Origin: Lachnospiraceae bacterium
Lineage (GTDB): Bacteria; Bacillota; Clostridia; Lachnospirales; Lachnospiraceae
Length of the DNA: 64,000 bases
Direction of reading: 5' to 3'
NCBI GenBank assembly: GCA_024698885.1
Contig: JAILQQ010000054.1
Coordinates: 619-64,618, forward strand
A model generated the notes under the pieces. The model saw only the letters and a list, made by a program, of their open reading frames with translations. It ran no database searches and was not told the origin of the DNA. The position numbers were made by a program, and so were the translations under genes. Of the stretch, positions 27,690-36,554 are shown in pieces. Position 1 is the stretch's first letter; each line of letters starts with the position of its first letter.

Positions 27690-29849
27690 CTATATACTTT
27701 GAAACGCCAGCTTTTCAAACTCCTGCGCGCACAGCGGCCGCGAGAAATAATAGCCCTGCACCACCGCGCAGCCCATCTGTTTCAGCATCTGAAGCTGTTT
27801 CTCTGTTTCCACGCCCTCTGCGATCACGGGAACCTGCAGGTTCTCCGCGATGCCCAGGATCAGCTTCACCAGCTGAACATCTTTTTCTTCGTGCTCAATA
27901 TTCTGAATGAACGCCCTGTCCATCTTCAGAACATCGATGGGCATAGAGGAAAGCATATTCAGCGAGGAGTAACCGGATCCGAAGTCATCCATCTCGATCT
28001 CATAGCCGTCCTTTCTCAGTCCGTCGACGACGGTGATCACCTGGTCCGCATTTTCGGTATAGGCGGATTCCGTAACCTCAAGCTTTAAGGTCTCATGCTC
28101 CAGCCGGTTGCGTGCTAAGATCTCTTCCAGCGTATCCGCAAGCTTCGGATCAAATACGTCCACCCGGGAAAGATTGACGGAAACCGGCAGCGTGATACCG
28201 TACTGATCCCGCCAGACGGCTGTCTGTCTGGCCGCTTCCGACCATACGAACTGATCAAGAAGGCTGATCTGTCCGTTCTTTTCAAAAAGAGGGATAAAGT
28301 CACCCGGGGAGATCATGCCAAGCTCCGCGTGATGCCAGCGGACAAGCGCCTCCGCGCTGACAAGCCTCGGCGTATCGGAGCGGATATCATATTTCGGCTG
28401 GTAGAACACCTCGAATTCATTTGTGTCAAGCGCGTGGCGGAGATCGTTTACCAGACGCTGCTCATAGCTCTCCCGCTCACTGACCTTTTCATCATATATG
28501 ATCAGATGCTCCTTGTAATGGCCCCGCGCCATGTTGCAGGCCGTCCGGGCTCTGTCAAACAGCTGCACCGGCTCGAGCTTCTCCCGCCAGGGCATAACGC
28601 CCATGCGCAGCCTGATATTGGCATTGGGCGCAAGCTCATAAAGCTTTGTCTGCAGACGGTCAAAGACAGATTTATATTCCTCCGCGTGAAGACAGTATAT
28701 GTCAAACCGGTCCGCCTCAAATCTTCCCGCGATCCCCTTCCTCTCGGCCGCGATCTGGCGGATCTCTTCTCCCAGTACCTTAAGGACCTGATCCCCGAAC
28801 TCCCGCCCGTTCAGCGCGTTGATCGAATGGAACTGTTCAATGTTCAAAACGATCGCGTCCATCGGCGTCTCCGGATGCTCTCTGAATATCCGGTCGGCAT
28901 ACTGGAAGAAGAATTTCCGGTTATATAATCCGGTCAGATCATCATTCTCCGTCGCTAAGATCAGGTTTTTCGCCTTTCTGACAGCCTGCATGTTCTGTAA
29001 AAGCAGCATCAGGATCACGAAGATCACCACGCCGATCATCGTCGTCAGCAAAACCAGATGATCGATCACGAAATCCATCGGGGTAAGCTTTGCGTCCTCC
29101 GTGATATAGCGGGACAGCATCGCGTTAACATGGGAATCCGGGATCATGCCGATCACCTTGGCCAGAATGGAATAGAGCTCGGTCTGGCCTTTTTTCACCC
29201 CAAAACAGTAATCCATCTCCTGCCCGATGGAAACCGGGGTCAGACGCAGTCTTTCGCATTCCCTGGCGATACTGTTGAAGCGGTAATTGCTGATCAGCAG
29301 GCAGTCCGCGCTGCCCTTCGATACGGCCTTCAGGCATTCCCAGGAATTATTGTAATAAGCGCTCTCCCAGGTGGGAAAATGCTCGTTCAGAAAGGCCTCA
29401 TAATTCGGATTGCCCCTGTTCACGGCTGCGGTCACCTGATCCCCCTTGGCAAACAGGTTGGGATCCGAAAAGCGCACGGCCGCGTACATCTCCGTATCAA
29501 GCAGCGGCGGCGTCATGACCATCCCCTGCATTTCCGCGTCATAGCCGCTGAAATTCGTAGGAAACACGCAGTCGACCTCTCCGGCCTGCAGGGCGTTCAT
29601 CGCGTCCTCTGCCGTGGGATACGCCGTCGTTTCAAAGGAAAGCTTCGCATTCGACATACAATCGGCGGCAGCGATCAGGTAATCCTTTAAAAAGCCCGTC
29701 AGCTCGCCGGTCTCCTCATCTGCGGCGCATAATGCCAGATAGTTATCCTGATACCCGACCCGGATCGTCTGATGGGCGGAAAGCCATTCCAGCTCGCTCG
29801 GCGTCATAAACGCGTTGGCACCGACCCTTCGGATGTATTTTTCATACAT
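27690..29849 (-). CDS. Solute-binding (SBP_bac_3-like) domain, TM, degenerate GGDEF, EAL c-di-GMP phosphodiesterase. Possibly the 3' part of a gene split by an in-frame TAG
   Basis: The GGDEF position reads RFEADRF, which is degenerate. EAL motifs EALVRW, DDFGSGYSSL and QGYYFSRP are intact. One TM (LVLLTTMIGVVIFVILMLLL) is present. There is no signal peptide and no SD of its own. Confidence 0.85.
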   Translation of the reverse strand: MYEKYIRRVGANAFMTPSELEWLSAHQTIRVGYQDNYLALCAADEETGELTGFLKDYLIAAADCMSNAKLSFETTAYPTAEDAMNALQAGEVDCVFPTNFSGYDAEMQGMVMTPPLLDTEMYAAVRFSDPNLFAKGDQVTAAVNRGNPNYEAFLNEHFPTWESAYYNNSWECLKAVSKGSADCLLISNYRFNSIARECERLRLTPVSIGQEMDYCFGVKKGQTELYSILAKVIGMIPDSHVNAMLSRYITEDAKLTPMDFVIDHLVLLTTMIGVVIFVILMLLLQNMQAVRKAKNLILATENDDLTGLYNRKFFFQYADRIFREHPETPMDAIVLNIEQFHSINALNGREFGDQVLKVLGEEIRQIAAERKGIAGRFEADRFDIYCLHAEEYKSVFDRLQTKLYELAPNANIRLRMGVMPWREKLEPVQLFDRARTACNMARGHYKEHLIIYDEKVSERESYEQRLVNDLRHALDTNEFEVFYQPKYDIRSDTPRLVSAEALVRWHHAELGMISPGDFIPLFEKNGQISLLDQFVWSEAARQTAVWRDQYGITLPVSVNLSRVDVFDPKLADTLEEILARNRLEHETLKLEVTESAYTENADQVITVVDGLRKDGYEIEMDDFGSGYSSLNMLSSMPIDVLKMDRAFIQNIEHEEKDVQLVKLILGIAENLQVPVIAEGVETEKQLQMLKQMGCAVVQGYYFSRPLCAQEFEKLAFQSI

Positions 29850-29852
29850 CTG

Positions 29853-30611
29853 CTAGTTATAATAGCGGTTCTCCTCCTGGATCCTGGCTAAAGCCGCGTT
29901 CAGCTCGACCATCAGATCGGGGCGGGAGTTGCTGACGGCAAAATAATACTCCGACGAACCGATCTTAAATACCGGTATCGCCTGGGTCGCATCGGTAAAG
30001 GAGTCCACCGTGATATAAGCATCTAACGCACCGTCTTCGAGCATCTGAAGGGATTCGCTCTCGGGAGTGGTCAGCTCGATGATCTCAGCATGAACGTCAT
30101 TATCTTTTTCCCAGTTAACGTAGAAATCCGCCTGAATACTGTCTTTGTTCACCCCCACCCGTTTCCCGTTCAGGGTCGCAGGGTCCTTACGGGATATCGT
30201 ATCGTTTCCCGGCGCCGTAAAGATATAGTAATCCTCGATCCCCATGGGCAGAGACGGGAACATCATTTTTTTCTCCCGCTCCGGCGTATAGGAAACGTCG
30301 CTCATCAGATCGATCTCCCCGTTTTCAAGCATATGCAGAAGATCCGACCAGCTTCCGGCTACATATTCATAGGTCCAGCCGCTATAGGCAGACAGCTTCA
30401 GCTGATACTCATAGGCATAACCGGAACGGCGACCGTATTCATCTATCGTATTATAGGTGGAGTCGTACCAGCCGACACGCACGACCTTGCTGCCCTGCGC
30501 CTCCTTCCCCGGGTCCTGTGCCCGGACGCAGAGCGGCATCGCCGTATTCAAAAAAAGGGAAAGCAAAAGAGCGGCTAATACTACCCACTTCACATCATGA
30601 TGTATGCGCAA
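29853..30611 (-). CDS. Signal-peptide-bearing SBP_bac_3-like solute-binding domain protein. Possibly the 5' part of the split sensor gene
   Basis: TTG start 5 nt after GAGGTGAGG. Signal peptide VKWVVLAALLLSLFLNTAMPLCVRA. It ends at a TAG that is in frame with the next ORF. Confidence 0.8.
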   Translation of the reverse strand: MRIHHDVKWVVLAALLLSLFLNTAMPLCVRAQDPGKEAQGSKVVRVGWYDSTYNTIDEYGRRSGYAYEYQLKLSAYSGWTYEYVAGSWSDLLHMLENGEIDLMSDVSYTPEREKKMMFPSLPMGIEDYYIFTAPGNDTISRKDPATLNGKRVGVNKDSIQADFYVNWEKDNDVHAEIIELTTPESESLQMLEDGALDAYITVDSFTDATQAIPVFKIGSSEYYFAVSNSRPDLMVELNAALARIQEENRYYN

Positions 30612-30729
30612 TATGCCTCACCTCAAATGAATTATTCTGAAGTTCATTTTTATATATTTTATCACAGATCAGCACATTATCATACAGGCTGATTTTATAT
30701 TTTGAATTCACATGTGTTCTGCGGTCTGA

Positions 30730-30945
30730 GGCATCAAAAGTGTCATGTGGCAAAGCCACATGTGCAATTTGCATGGTAAACCGTCTCTGCAAGCTCGCTT
30801 ACAAGAGCGGTTTATTATGCAAAGTGTCATGTGGCAAAGCCACATGTGTAATTTGCATGGTAAACCGTCTCTGCAAGCTCGCTTGCAAGAGCGGTTTATT
30901 ATGCAAATTCATCATGGCACTTTGTGCCATGTGACTTTTGATGCC
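30730..30945. repeat. Structured tandem element: two 84-bp units plus a third palindrome, closed by a 12-bp inverted repeat
   Basis: GGCATCAAAAGT (30730..30741) pairs with ACTTTTGATGCC (30934..30945). The units run 30740..30823 and 30824..30907. The palindrome CATGTGGC-AAA-GCCACATG occurs at 30744 and 30828, and the related CATGGCAC-TTTG-TGCCATG at 30913. Confidence 0.85.
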
Positions 30946-30948
30946 GGA

Positions 30949-31347
30949 TTACAATTTAAATCCGCTCCCGACAAACTGCGCGATGTCCCGGCCCGAATCA
31001 TCCGTGACGTCAACATTGATCACGATCGTCCGGGACCCGTTCTTCTTGCAGACGGCTCTGGCAAACAGCTTCGTGCCCTTAGGCGCGCTCAGATAATTGA
31101 TGCTGACCTGCTGTGCCACCGTGGGCATGTGAATATTATTGGAAAGCGACGCAAAGGCAAGATCGGCAAGGGTAAACATGACGCCGCCCATGATCCCGCC
31201 GTTGGCATTTTTATGGTTCTCATTCAGTACCATGCTGCAGACAGAATACTCCTCCGTCAGTTCATCCACCTGCATACCGGCCTGTGTGGCAAACCTGTCT
31301 CCCTGAAAGTATTCTCTTGCCTCCTCTGTTGATCGAAATGTTGCCAT
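30949..31347 (-). CDS. PaaI-family hotdog-fold thioesterase
   Basis: 132 aa. The NANGGIMGGVMFTLADLAF region is typical of PaaI/YigI thioesterases. Confidence 0.8.
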   Translation of the reverse strand: MATFRSTEEAREYFQGDRFATQAGMQVDELTEEYSVCSMVLNENHKNANGGIMGGVMFTLADLAFASLSNNIHMPTVAQQVSINYLSAPKGTKLFARAVCKKNGSRTIVINVDVTDDSGRDIAQFVGSGFKL

Positions 31348-31492
31348 GCTGCTGCTCCTTTACGCTTGATCCGTTAAAAAACAAAAGAGGGCCGGATGGT
31401 ATATCGATATATGCCATAAAGCTCCCCTGTTAAACAATGTATCATTAAAATGTCAAATGAACAAGTCAAATTACAGGAATACCCTAATACTA

Positions 31493-33817
31493 TTACTCCT
31501 GCCCCTTCAGTGCGTCCACCATGTCCACGGTTTTGACCTTCCGGGACAAAAGCCGGTTGACCCCCATGGAAAGAAGCAGGGTCCCGGTGATGGTATAAAT
31601 ATAGGAAAGGAGCTGGTAGCTTGCCACATAGTCCATGGATTCGGGCATCGTGGAAAAGAGAACATTGATCAGCCACATGCCGCAGGGGATCCCGAGCGCT
31701 ATCCCGACCAATGTCAGCCATATATTCTGGCTCTGTAAGATCCTTCTTATTTTGGCCGTGGTAAAGCCAAGCACCTTTAAGGTCGCCATCTCCCTGTTCT
31801 TTTCCACAAGTGACAAAACCCCCAGATTATACAGTACAACGACGCCCAGCACCGCAGCGGCGGCGATCATGATGTAGACCATGACATACATCATTTCCTT
31901 CATGGCGTCCAGGGCCTTCATCATCTCGGGCAGGCTCTGTGTTCCGGTGATATTGGTATCATCCTGCAGCTTCTCCTGCGGCGTATGGTTCGTATAGATC
32001 GTCGTCGGAACAAAATCAAACCGTAAGCTCTCAAAAACCTTTCTCGTCATCGTAATGCCCTGGCTCACGGGATTTCGGTATATGCCGCCTATTCTCAGGA
32101 TCTTCCAGTCATTGTCCCCCACCAGGTGCCATCTGACAAGGTCCCCCTCCGAAACCCCCAGGGTCTGCGCCATCTTATAGGACATGGAAATACTCTCCTC
32201 ATCAGGCTTTAGGGGCTTCAGATCCTTATCCTGGAAATGAAGGAAATTTCCGGTATCATAAACCGTCACTGTTCCCGTCTTCTTTTTACCGTAAGCTTCA
32301 AATTCCGCCGGGGACTGCTCCACCATCTGTCCCCGGTAGCGCTTGGCATATTCCTCGGTCGTCGAATAGGGGCAGCCCTCCTTCATGATGATCTGAAACT
32401 GCGAGGTGTTCAGCTCTCCGTACATCCAGGTCGTAATGAAGGAGACCGTATCCAGGCACGCAAAGGCGCCGAACATGAGCATGGCGCAGCCCAGGACGCC
32501 GATCACGCCCATTAAGGACCGCACCTTGTTGCGCAGGATATCCCGCAGGTTCCATTGCACCGCAAAATCAAGCCTTTCCCAAAGCCTGCTTTTCTCGATC
32601 AGGGAATGCTTCAGGTTTTTCGGCGCGGCAGGCCGCAGGGTTTCCGCCGGCGCAGGCGCAAGCTCCTTCCGGCAGGACATAAAGCTTACGAGGGAAGAGG
32701 TAAGGACGGAAAAGGCGATCGCCAGATATGACTTTGCGGAAAACGCCGTACCCATGCCGGGCACAAGATAGGTAGTATCCATCATGCTCAGGATATATTC
32801 GGCAATGGTGAAATGTCCCGCCACGGCGCCCGTAATACCGCCAAAGAGGCTTAAGAAAAATCCATAGGAAGCGTAATGCCTGGTGATGGTCTTTTTGGTG
32901 AATCCTAACGCCTTCAGCGTCCCGATCTGCACTCTCTGCCTTGAGGTCATCCTGGTCATCGTGGTGATGATCCCGAGGATCGCGATCAGCAGAAAGACCG
33001 CCGGGAAAATAAAGGTCATGGAGGAATGCTGTTCGATTTCCGCGCGGAAGGTCTGGTAGGAAAGGTCGGAATCCTTGTCCGTCACGATCACGCTGTCAGA
33101 CCCCAGCGCGTATTTCACTTCAAGCGCCGCTTTCGAACACTGGTTTTTCTCCTCGTCGGAAAGGCCGTCGGTATTGTCCACATCCTTGACGTCAAGGACC
33201 ATCTGATTGTAATAGACATGACGTTTATCGGGGAAGGCCTTGATATCCATGAACGCGGCGCCGTAGGCCCCGTAATCGGGCATCATGGCGGCGGCGTCCG
33301 GCAGGAAGTATACATATTCGGGATGATAGACCGCGCCCTTGATCTCCTGCTCGAAGATGATCCCGTTTACCTTCATCGAAAGCTTGTCGCCTGTTTTCAG
33401 GCCCTGTCTCTTCATGAAGCTGAAGTCAAGCCAGACCCCGCTTTCTCCTTTTACATACGGTTCCCCCTCTGTCAGATACAGCTTCGATATCTCGTTTCCA
33501 TCCAAAAAGAGCGTGGAAAGGTCAAGCTCCTCCCCCCGAAGCCTTGCTTTTCCGTTTAGCTTCAGACGAAGCTCGGCCTTCTCGATATTCGGGATAAACT
33601 CGGCTTTTCCGATATCCGACTCCCGAAAGGCGATCCCCTGCGCCCACAGATCCGCCAGTGCGGTCTCTTCGTAAAAACGTCCCTCATTTACCCGCATCCC
33701 GCTGCATTCGCTGTCAAGCCCCGTAAAAACAAAGATGCCGAGAAGCGACATCAGAAAGATAGACAGAAACTGCACCTTACTTACAAGCAGGTCCCTCCGC
33801 ATTTTCCGAAAGAGCAT
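31493..33817 (-). CDS. ABC transporter permease, FtsX/MacB-like with two FtsX domains
   Basis: 774 aa. Two four-TM FtsX-type blocks are separated by large extracytoplasmic domains. It is coupled to the upstream ATPase gene. Confidence 0.85.
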   Translation of the reverse strand: MLFRKMRRDLLVSKVQFLSIFLMSLLGIFVFTGLDSECSGMRVNEGRFYEETALADLWAQGIAFRESDIGKAEFIPNIEKAELRLKLNGKARLRGEELDLSTLFLDGNEISKLYLTEGEPYVKGESGVWLDFSFMKRQGLKTGDKLSMKVNGIIFEQEIKGAVYHPEYVYFLPDAAAMMPDYGAYGAAFMDIKAFPDKRHVYYNQMVLDVKDVDNTDGLSDEEKNQCSKAALEVKYALGSDSVIVTDKDSDLSYQTFRAEIEQHSSMTFIFPAVFLLIAILGIITTMTRMTSRQRVQIGTLKALGFTKKTITRHYASYGFFLSLFGGITGAVAGHFTIAEYILSMMDTTYLVPGMGTAFSAKSYLAIAFSVLTSSLVSFMSCRKELAPAPAETLRPAAPKNLKHSLIEKSRLWERLDFAVQWNLRDILRNKVRSLMGVIGVLGCAMLMFGAFACLDTVSFITTWMYGELNTSQFQIIMKEGCPYSTTEEYAKRYRGQMVEQSPAEFEAYGKKKTGTVTVYDTGNFLHFQDKDLKPLKPDEESISMSYKMAQTLGVSEGDLVRWHLVGDNDWKILRIGGIYRNPVSQGITMTRKVFESLRFDFVPTTIYTNHTPQEKLQDDTNITGTQSLPEMMKALDAMKEMMYVMVYIMIAAAAVLGVVVLYNLGVLSLVEKNREMATLKVLGFTTAKIRRILQSQNIWLTLVGIALGIPCGMWLINVLFSTMPESMDYVASYQLLSYIYTITGTLLLSMGVNRLLSRKVKTVDMVDALKGQE

Positions 33818-34602
33818 TACCAGCTTACCTCCGAAGCATCTTTGGGAGAATCATTGATCTCTACGGATTCGATGGTCCCGTTTTTCACCCGTATGACCCT
33901 GTCGGCGATATCCGCAAAAAAGCTGTTATGCGTGACCATTACCACCGTATGCTTCTTTTCCCGGCTCATATCCTGCAAAAGCTTTAAAACCTCCCGTCCC
34001 GTCTTGGTATCGAGCGCGCCGGTCGGCTCGTCGCAGAGCAAAAGTCTGGGATTTTTGGCAAGCGCCCTGGCGATGGAGGTTCTCTGCTGTTCCCCGCCGG
34101 ACATCTGGGAGGGGAACTGGTTGATATGCTCGCTTAACCCCACAGAAATAAGAGCCTCCTTCGGGTCGAGCAGAGACATATCCTTATTCTCTGCTTCCCA
34201 CACGGAGCCTCTTTTCACGTTTTTTCTCACATCCTTCATCAGCGCCACATTTTCGTAGGCGGTAAGCGTCGGGATCAGATTGTAGAACTGAAATACCACG
34301 CCGACGTTCCAGGCCCGGTACGCGGTGAGTTCGTCGTCCTTAAAACGGGAAATGTCATGGCCGTTAAACAGGATGCTGCCCGAGGTCGGGGAGTCCATGC
34401 CGCCAAGGAGATTTAAAAGCGTGCTCTTGCCGGCTCCGCTGGGCCCTAGGATCACGATCATTTCCCCCTCGTAGATCTCGAGATTAACGTCCTTCAGGGC
34501 GAAAAAATCGTTTTCTCCCATCCTGTATTTTCTGTCCACATGGCAGAACTCAATGAACGGCTTCAAAGGCTTTCTCCCCAATCTGCTCATCGGTAACGGC
34601 AT
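33817..34602 (-). CDS. ABC transporter ATP-binding protein (MacB/LolD-type)
   Basis: Walker A GPSGAGKST, signature MSGGEQQR, Walker B LLLCDEPT. The start is uncertain. A TTG at 34566 (MKPFIEF) is as plausible as the ATG at 34602. Confidence 0.88.
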   Translation of the reverse strand: MPLPMSRLGRKPLKPFIEFCHVDRKYRMGENDFFALKDVNLEIYEGEMIVILGPSGAGKSTLLNLLGGMDSPTSGSILFNGHDISRFKDDELTAYRAWNVGVVFQFYNLIPTLTAYENVALMKDVRKNVKRGSVWEAENKDMSLLDPKEALISVGLSEHINQFPSQMSGGEQQRTSIARALAKNPRLLLCDEPTGALDTKTGREVLKLLQDMSREKKHTVVMVTHNSFFADIADRVIRVKNGTIESVEINDSPKDASEVSW

Positions 34603-35998
34603 CGGTGATGACCGACATGCCGGCGGTAAGTCCGTCTATCACCTCGACAGCATCGCCGCTTACGATGCCGGCGGTAAAGTACTTCTTTTCGATCCGCCCC
34701 TCATCATTGATGATATAGCAGTACTCGCCGTCATCATCGCTGTAAAAGGCCTGGTACGGCATCAGCAGGACGTCTGCCTTTTCGTCGGTATAGATCGTCA
34801 CGTCCGCCTCAAGCCCTAAGATCAGCCCTCTTCCCCCCTCTATCTTCACATCGACCGCGACCTTTGACTTGTCCGAGCTGTCCGTCACCGCGATCTGCCT
34901 GATCTTTGACACCTTTCCGATATATCTGGTCCCCGAGGCGTCTATCTCGGCTCTCTGTCCCACGGCAATGCTGCTGATATCGTATTTCGAGATCATGACG
35001 GTGACCTTCATGTCATCTCTGGATACGATCGTAAACAGGGGATCCCCCTTCGAAGCGACAGAGCCCGCCTTCACATGGCAGCTCGTGACAATACCGTTAA
35101 AATCAGAGGTTATCCCCTGTCTGGCCTTTTCGAGATCGATCCGCGCATAGCTCTCCTGCTCCTTCGCGATCTCCACCTGATCAAGGAGGGCCGCCTTTTC
35201 CCCGGAATTCAGCACGCCCTCCTCATATTTTGCCTTATTGGTTTTGGTTTCATTCCAGTTTCTCGATATATCCTCCATCATATTGGATACATCGTTGTTC
35301 AGCCGGTATTCCTCCGGCGTAAGCGCTAACTGCGGAAGGGCGGCAAGCTCAACCTGCGCGCGCGCGATATCCTCCTTCAGTCCCGAGATATCCTTTTCCA
35401 GCTGCTGCCTGTCCTCGTCGGAAAGCCCGCCGTCAAGGAGCTTCGTACTCTTCTCGGCGATCTGCTGATTCTTCGAGGCAATGCAGGTATTCAGCTCCGT
35501 GGCCCGTTTTTCCGTGTTCCAGTTTTCCTGATACTGATCCTCTGAGATATAGTCCGACGCTTCCCGCTGCCACCAGTAAAGGACCGCATAGGTATTGTCA
35601 TCGTCCACAGCCTTGTTATACTTTGCCTGGTAGGAATCGCTCTTGCCGATCTTTCCTTTGCTGGTATCCTCGCTCTGGACCCTTGTTAAAGCCGCGTGCT
35701 CGGCATTTCTTTCAAAATCCTCAACATCATATTCGAGGAGCTTCTCGCCGAAGCGTACCTCATCTCCCTCTTCTATGGCAATGCTGGCAACGGGAGCCGT
35801 CACCCCCGCAAAATATGTATATTCCTCGTCACTGCCTATGCTGCCGGTCTCCTCGATGGAGCCCGCGATACTCCCCAGATAGATCTTCCCGGTCTCATGC
35901 TCCTTCCCTCTGCCCGGGAAAAAAGCCATCAGCGCGAAAGTGGATGCGCCAAGCGCGATGATCGGGAGCGTGACCCTGACGACCGTTCTTAAGCTCAT
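34550..35998 (-). CDS. HlyD/efflux periplasmic adaptor family protein
   Basis: The MSLRTVVRVTLPIIALGAS start at 35998 follows AGGAGG. It has an N-terminal TM, coiled-coil and beta-barrel regions. The ORF-track start at 36115 reads through a hairpin repeat. Confidence 0.8.
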   Translation of the reverse strand: MSLRTVVRVTLPIIALGASTFALMAFFPGRGKEHETGKIYLGSIAGSIEETGSIGSDEEYTYFAGVTAPVASIAIEEGDEVRFGEKLLEYDVEDFERNAEHAALTRVQSEDTSKGKIGKSDSYQAKYNKAVDDDNTYAVLYWWQREASDYISEDQYQENWNTEKRATELNTCIASKNQQIAEKSTKLLDGGLSDEDRQQLEKDISGLKEDIARAQVELAALPQLALTPEEYRLNNDVSNMMEDISRNWNETKTNKAKYEEGVLNSGEKAALLDQVEIAKEQESYARIDLEKARQGITSDFNGIVTSCHVKAGSVASKGDPLFTIVSRDDMKVTVMISKYDISSIAVGQRAEIDASGTRYIGKVSKIRQIAVTDSSDKSKVAVDVKIEGGRGLILGLEADVTIYTDEKADVLLMPYQAFYSDDDGEYCYIINDEGRIEKKYFTAGIVSGDAVEVIDGLTAGMSVITDAVTDEQIGEKAFEAVH

Positions 35999-36011
35999 AA
36001 GGCCTCCTATG

Positions 36012-36043
36012 TCTGCGCCGATTCGCTTGCGAATCGGATCATT
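36012..36043 (-). repeat. Intergenic hairpin repeat (H1-type), directly 5' of an SD
   Basis: TCTGCGCCGATTCGC-TT-GCGAATCGGATCATT. In sense orientation it is followed by CAGACATAGGAGGCCTTATG. Confidence 0.75.
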
Positions 36044-36130
36044 GTTATTCGTATTTCCTGACCGTTGACTATTATAATTAGCGTAGGCTAACTTGTCAAC
36101 CCTCTTAAACCGCATCCCGGCATTTTTCGC

Positions 36131-36160
36131 CTCTCGCCGATCTGCCTGCAGATCATGCGC
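36131..36160 (-). repeat. Intergenic hairpin repeat (H1-type variant)
   Basis: CTCTCGCCGATCTGC-CT-GCAGATCATGCGC, immediately after the stop of the DtxR-family gene. Confidence 0.65.
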
Positions 36161-36532
36161 TTATCCCCCGTATTTCTCCATATGGGCCTTGACCGCGTGA
36201 AAGGTTTCGTCGCTGATGTAATGCTCGATGCGGCACGCATCCTCCACAGCGATCTTTTCATCCACGCCGAGATTGATAAAAAGCCTGGTCAGCACGGTAT
36301 GCCGTTCATAGATGCGCTTTGCCGTCGCAGCGCCGGCTTCCGTCAGCTTCAGATAGCCGTCATCATCCTTCGTGACAAATCCTTCCTTCTTAAGCACGCC
36401 GATGGCACGGCTGACGGAGGGCTTGGTATACCCCAGATAATCGCTCACATCTATGCTGCGGACGGCCGCCTGTTTCTGCGAAAGCACATATATTGCTTCC
36501 AGGTACATTTCTCCGGATTCCTGTAATGCCAT
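36161..36532 (-). CDS. DtxR/MntR-family metal-dependent transcriptional repressor
   Basis: 123 aa. MYLEAIYVL...TKPSVSRAIGVLKKEGFV is a winged-helix region, and the dimerisation region is typical of the family. Confidence 0.85.
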   Translation of the reverse strand: MALQESGEMYLEAIYVLSQKQAAVRSIDVSDYLGYTKPSVSRAIGVLKKEGFVTKDDDGYLKLTEAGAATAKRIYERHTVLTRLFINLGVDEKIAVEDACRIEHYISDETFHAVKAHMEKYGG

Positions 36533-36554
36533 AATACTAACCCTCCTACCTTCC

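Noticed and set aside
30740-30934. A 64-aa plus-strand ORF with 14 cysteines and an internal duplication (SCGKATCAICMVNRLCKLAYKSGLLCK twice), with a GAGG 8 nt before its GTG. I considered it as a Cys-rich RiPP/SCIFF-like precursor.
   Set aside because: The cysteine codons come directly from the CATGTG/TGCA palindromes of the tandem DNA element. Both inter-repeat substitutions are non-synonymous in this frame, and one of them improves hairpin pairing. No radical-SAM or other maturase is nearby, and the ORF runs against all neighbouring genes. I keep it only as a minor alternative.
31380-31440. The hairpin ATGGTATAT-CGAT-ATATGCCAT after the FtsX permease gene, considered as a terminator.
   Set aside because: The stem is AT-rich with a wobble pair, and the U-rich tract is about 10 nt away from it in the sense orientation. 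That is too weak to call.
33842-34258. Assorted 60-to-200-aa ORFs from the track that lie inside or opposite the large annotated genes, for example 33842..34258, 5051..5428, 22930..23313 and 63126..63509.
   Set aside because: All are embedded in, or antisense to, genes with strong family motifs. They lack SD sequences and give low-complexity translations.
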